From a virus (taxonomy: Duplodnaviria > Caudoviricetes), in IMG/VR virus record IMGVR_UViG_3300033485_000072, positions 1 to 26,478 of that record: a stretch of DNA of 26,478 nt. One strand, 5' to 3'. The notes beneath the pieces are model-generated. The model had not been told where the DNA came from. It saw only the letters and a program-made list of their open reading frames with translations, and did no database searches. The translations under genes were made by a program, and so were the position numbers. How positions within the stretch are numbered: position 1 is the first letter of the stretch; each line of letters begins with the position of its first letter. Positions 24,188 to 26,478 of this stretch are shown here, in pieces.

Positions 24188-24796
24188 CTACATCAAGACG
24201 TGTACGTGCCCGGCACCGACCATCGGTGTCAACGCCCCGTTGTCCTGCAGGTACGTCAGGATGCCCCCGCAGATCGCGGAGAACGTGACGTCCAGGGAAT
24301 CGAAGCCTCCCTGATCGACGCCGACCATCCCCATCCCCGCCAGCACGCCGATGATCGTCGACTTCAGAGTGTTGGTCGTCCCGGAGAGATTCCCGAACGG
24401 GTTCTGCGGGAGAGATCCTCCGGCCAGCGGGCCGATCGTGTGGTCGTGGGGAGAGGGACCGTCCGAAGCCGGGATCAGGATGTTCGCGGTCAGGTGCAGC
24501 GCGAACTGATCCAGGATAGCCCCGAAGAAGGTCCCTCCGTAGCCCAGGGCGCTCGTGGCGACCTTGATCGCGGTGATCGGCGACATGACCGTGTGGGGAT
24601 GCGTATACGGAGGCGTCAAGTTCGGCGGACCGTCCCCAGGGCTCAGGATGACCGTCGGCCAGGTGGCGATCATGTCCGTGCAGAGTGCCTTTACCCACTT
24701 CCTGGGGTCTTTCGAGTCGTCTCCCCAGAACTGCTGCCAGTCCGCCGGCATCAGTCCGACGATCTCGTCGACCATGTCGGCGACGACGAGTGCCAT
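24188..24796 (-). CDS. Putative spike-tip/baseplate protein with three HxH-ending internal repeats (202 aa)
   Basis: TGATG coupling to the spike gene; HPH (66-68), HDH (117-119), HVH (197-199). Confidence 0.55.
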   Translation of the reverse strand: MALVVADMVDEIVGLMPADWQQFWGDDSKDPRKWVKALCTDMIATWPTVILSPGDGPPNLTPPYTHPHTVMSPITAIKVATSALGYGGTFFGAILDQFALHLTANILIPASDGPSPHDHTIGPLAGGSLPQNPFGNLSGTTNTLKSTIIGVLAGMGMVGVDQGGFDSLDVTFSAICGGILTYLQDNGALTPMVGAGHVHVLM

Positions 24797-25539
24797 CAGT
24801 TCGCCTTCACATTCTGGGATCCGGCCGGGTGAGGACCTCCGTTGAAGGCGCACTGGTGCAGGGGGTTCCCGGCGCAGACCACTCCGCCGACCGTCCCGAC
24901 TCCGTCGGCACCCAGGATGTTGACCGCGCCCTTGGACTTGATCTCGATGTCCGAGTTCGCATAGACCGAGAGCTTCCCGGCGCTGTCGATCTCGATCTTG
25001 GTGATCCCGTCCTTGTGCTTGATGGCGATGGTCTCGGCCTTCGCATCCATGACGATCTCGTGGCCGTCGGCGGTGCCGATCTTCGACTTGATCGTGACCT
25101 TCTCGGAGTCCTTCGTGTCCATCAGCTCGATCACGTGGCCGCCGGCCGATGTGATCCTGACGTAGTGGGCGGAATTCTCGTCCTCCGGATCGAGATCCTT
25201 GAACTCGATCTTGTGCCCATCGGGAGTCTTGATCATCCGATGGAAGGGATACTCGGCCTGGGACTCGTCGGGGACCGTGCTCTTGCCGTCCGTGGCGGGG
25301 TACCAGCATCCGCAGTAGAGCGGCCGGTCTATGTCGCCATTCTCGAACTGGACCCAGACCGGCTCGTTGACTCGGGGCTTCCAGCTCCATCCCGGAGCCA
25401 CCACCTTCGGCCAGACCCAGTCCGTCACGACTCCACCGAGGATCTCCGGAACGCGCACACGGACCCGGTCCAGCTTCTTGGGGTCGTTCACATCGGCGAC
25501 GACCGCCCGGAAGATCCCGTATATCTGCCGAATCGACAT
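24796..25539 (-). CDS. Baseplate central spike (gpV/gp5/VgrG-type OB fold plus beta-helix, 247 aa)
   Basis: RAVVADVNDPKKLDRVRVRVP..TDW..PRVNEPVWVQFENGDIDRP; repeated GH.IE beta strands. Confidence 0.85.
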   Translation of the reverse strand: MSIRQIYGIFRAVVADVNDPKKLDRVRVRVPEILGGVVTDWVWPKVVAPGWSWKPRVNEPVWVQFENGDIDRPLYCGCWYPATDGKSTVPDESQAEYPFHRMIKTPDGHKIEFKDLDPEDENSAHYVRITSAGGHVIELMDTKDSEKVTIKSKIGTADGHEIVMDAKAETIAIKHKDGITKIEIDSAGKLSVYANSDIEIKSKGAVNILGADGVGTVGGVVCAGNPLHQCAFNGGPHPAGSQNVKAN

Positions 25540-26478
25540 CAGTCTCCCGCCTTGCTCATGGCCGAGACGTCCCGTTGCGGAGTGGGAGTCCCGCCGATGG
25601 TGTCGTTGCCGGTATTGGTCCGGTCATTCGTGTACGGATTGGTCGTCGCCCTGACCGCCTCGAAGGAAGTCTGGAAGATCGATCCGTTCACCTGATGCCG
25701 GACCTTCGTGATGTAGAAGGGCACTGCGAACCGCTGTCCGACGTTGGTGAAGGCCACGAACTGCCGAGGACGCATGTTCGGAAGGCCCTCGATCGTCGCG
25801 TTCACCCTGACGATGAGCTTCTTGTGGTTGGCATCGGAGCTGAGCATGTACTTGACCGCCTGCTCGGTCAGCAGATTCCCCTTGGCGTCCACGTAGATCG
25901 TCCGAACTGCGGCCAGGCCGGGAAACCGGACCTGATTCTTGTTGTCCTCGACGTCGATGAGCCCGTCGGCGAAGAATTCGGAGTGGACATTGATATACTC
26001 CCCGGTCATGGGGTTGATCGGAGTAGACGCTTCGATGACGGCCGGCCCATCTCCGTCGATCGAGAAGACGAGGGACAGGACTCCCCCGCCTGCGGCGTCG
26101 ATCTGGTTGACCCCTCCTTCGGGATTGGCCGCGAAGGGGATGAAGTAGAGGCCCCCGCCGAACAGGAAGAAGTCCACGCCCGCCCGGCGAGCGATCTCCT
26201 TCAGGAACTCGTAGTCGTTCACCCCGGCCTGCGTAAGGCTCGGGATCTTGTCCTTCATAGTGATGTTGATGTTCTCGTTGAGGCCGTAGCTCTTGTTCAC
26301 CTTCTGGACGATCTCGGTGTAGGTCATCCCCTCGAAGACTCGCCGTTGCTCGTGGGTCGTCATCTGAATGCCGTCTCCGAATCCCTGGATGGTGATGCGT
26401 CGGCGGCCCGTCAGCTCGAATCGGGGCCTGGCCATGGAGTAGCTGCCGTGGAACTTGCACGAGTCCGGGTCTCCACCA
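25539..26478 (-). CDS. Baseplate hub/late control D-like protein (5' end outside the window)
   Basis: RVFEGMTYTEIVQKV..QAGVNDYEFLKEIARRAG..GLPNMRP..FYITKVRHQV; the frame stays open from 26435 to the window end. Confidence 0.8.
   Translation of the reverse strand, partial: GGDPDSCKFHGSYSMARPRFELTGRRRITIQGFGDGIQMTTHEQRRVFEGMTYTEIVQKVNKSYGLNENINITMKDKIPSLTQAGVNDYEFLKEIARRAGVDFFLFGGGLYFIPFAANPEGGVNQIDAAGGGVLSLVFSIDGDGPAVIEASTPINPMTGEYINVHSEFFADGLIDVEDNKNQVRFPGLAAVRTIYVDAKGNLLTEQAVKYMLSSDANHKKLIVRVNATIEGLPNMRPRQFVAFTNVGQRFAVPFYITKVRHQVNGSIFQTSFEAVRATTNPYTNDRTNTGNDTIGGTPTPQRDVSAMSKAGD

Larger units (their letters stand above)
1..26478 (-). mobile_element. Bacteriophage/prophage genome segment (contractile-tail type): baseplate end, lysis-like, accessory and replication-recombination modules
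   Basis: Co-oriented, tightly overlapping (ATGA/GTGA/TGATG) genes; spike and hub proteins, CobS/CobT pair, phage-type replisome; no host housekeeping genes. No integrase or att site seen, so free phage versus prophage is undetermined. Confidence 0.9.

Noticed and set aside
1512-25695. Long plus-strand ORFs (e.g. 1512-2768, 5445-7304, 9615-11219, 17734-19356, 20130-21302, 21461-22657)
   Set aside because: Antisense shadows of GC3-rich minus-strand genes; no motifs or RBS, and biased composition.
1-26478. Genome-wide TAG reassignment (code 15 or 16)
   Set aside because: Many genes end at TAG exactly where the next RBS or a natural C-terminus lies; only one internal TAG was noticed.

Overview
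GC-rich bacteriophage (or prophage) segment in which essentially every real gene is on the minus strand; the long plus-strand ORFs are antisense shadows. Read in transcription order (right to left), the window has four parts. (1) The end of a contractile-tail/baseplate module: a partial hub/late-control-D-like protein, a gpV/gp5-like spike, and a 202-aa protein with three internal repeats, each ending in HxH. (2) A membrane/lysis-like cluster: a lipoprotein and two holin-like proteins, one with an in-frame TAG at codon 8, closed by a strong terminator. (3) An accessory region: a PHxRRxH-motif protein, a CobS-like AAA+ ATPase, a CobT-like HExxH/vWA protein, about ten small hypothetical genes and an XRE regulator. 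(4) A large self-encoded replication/recombination module: wHTH initiator, PC4-like protein, DnaC-like loader, DnaB, DnaG, gp32-like SSB, family A polymerase, SF2 helicase, MerR-like HTH, RecA with a CxxC..CxxC insertion, a Holliday-resolvase-like nuclease and a Cas4-like exonuclease. The most unusual signal is non-coding. A CCCTGCG-N(9-13)-TA(G/T)nnn element sits in front of 7-8 genes; in most copies its spacer is an anti-Shine-Dalgarno arm able to sequester the downstream RBS, and one copy is present as an inverted duplicate between cobS and cobT. There are also highly structured leaders before the SSB and initiator genes. No tRNA, rRNA, CRISPR array, integrase or endolysin was recognised. 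All functional calls come from motif recognition by eye, not database searches.
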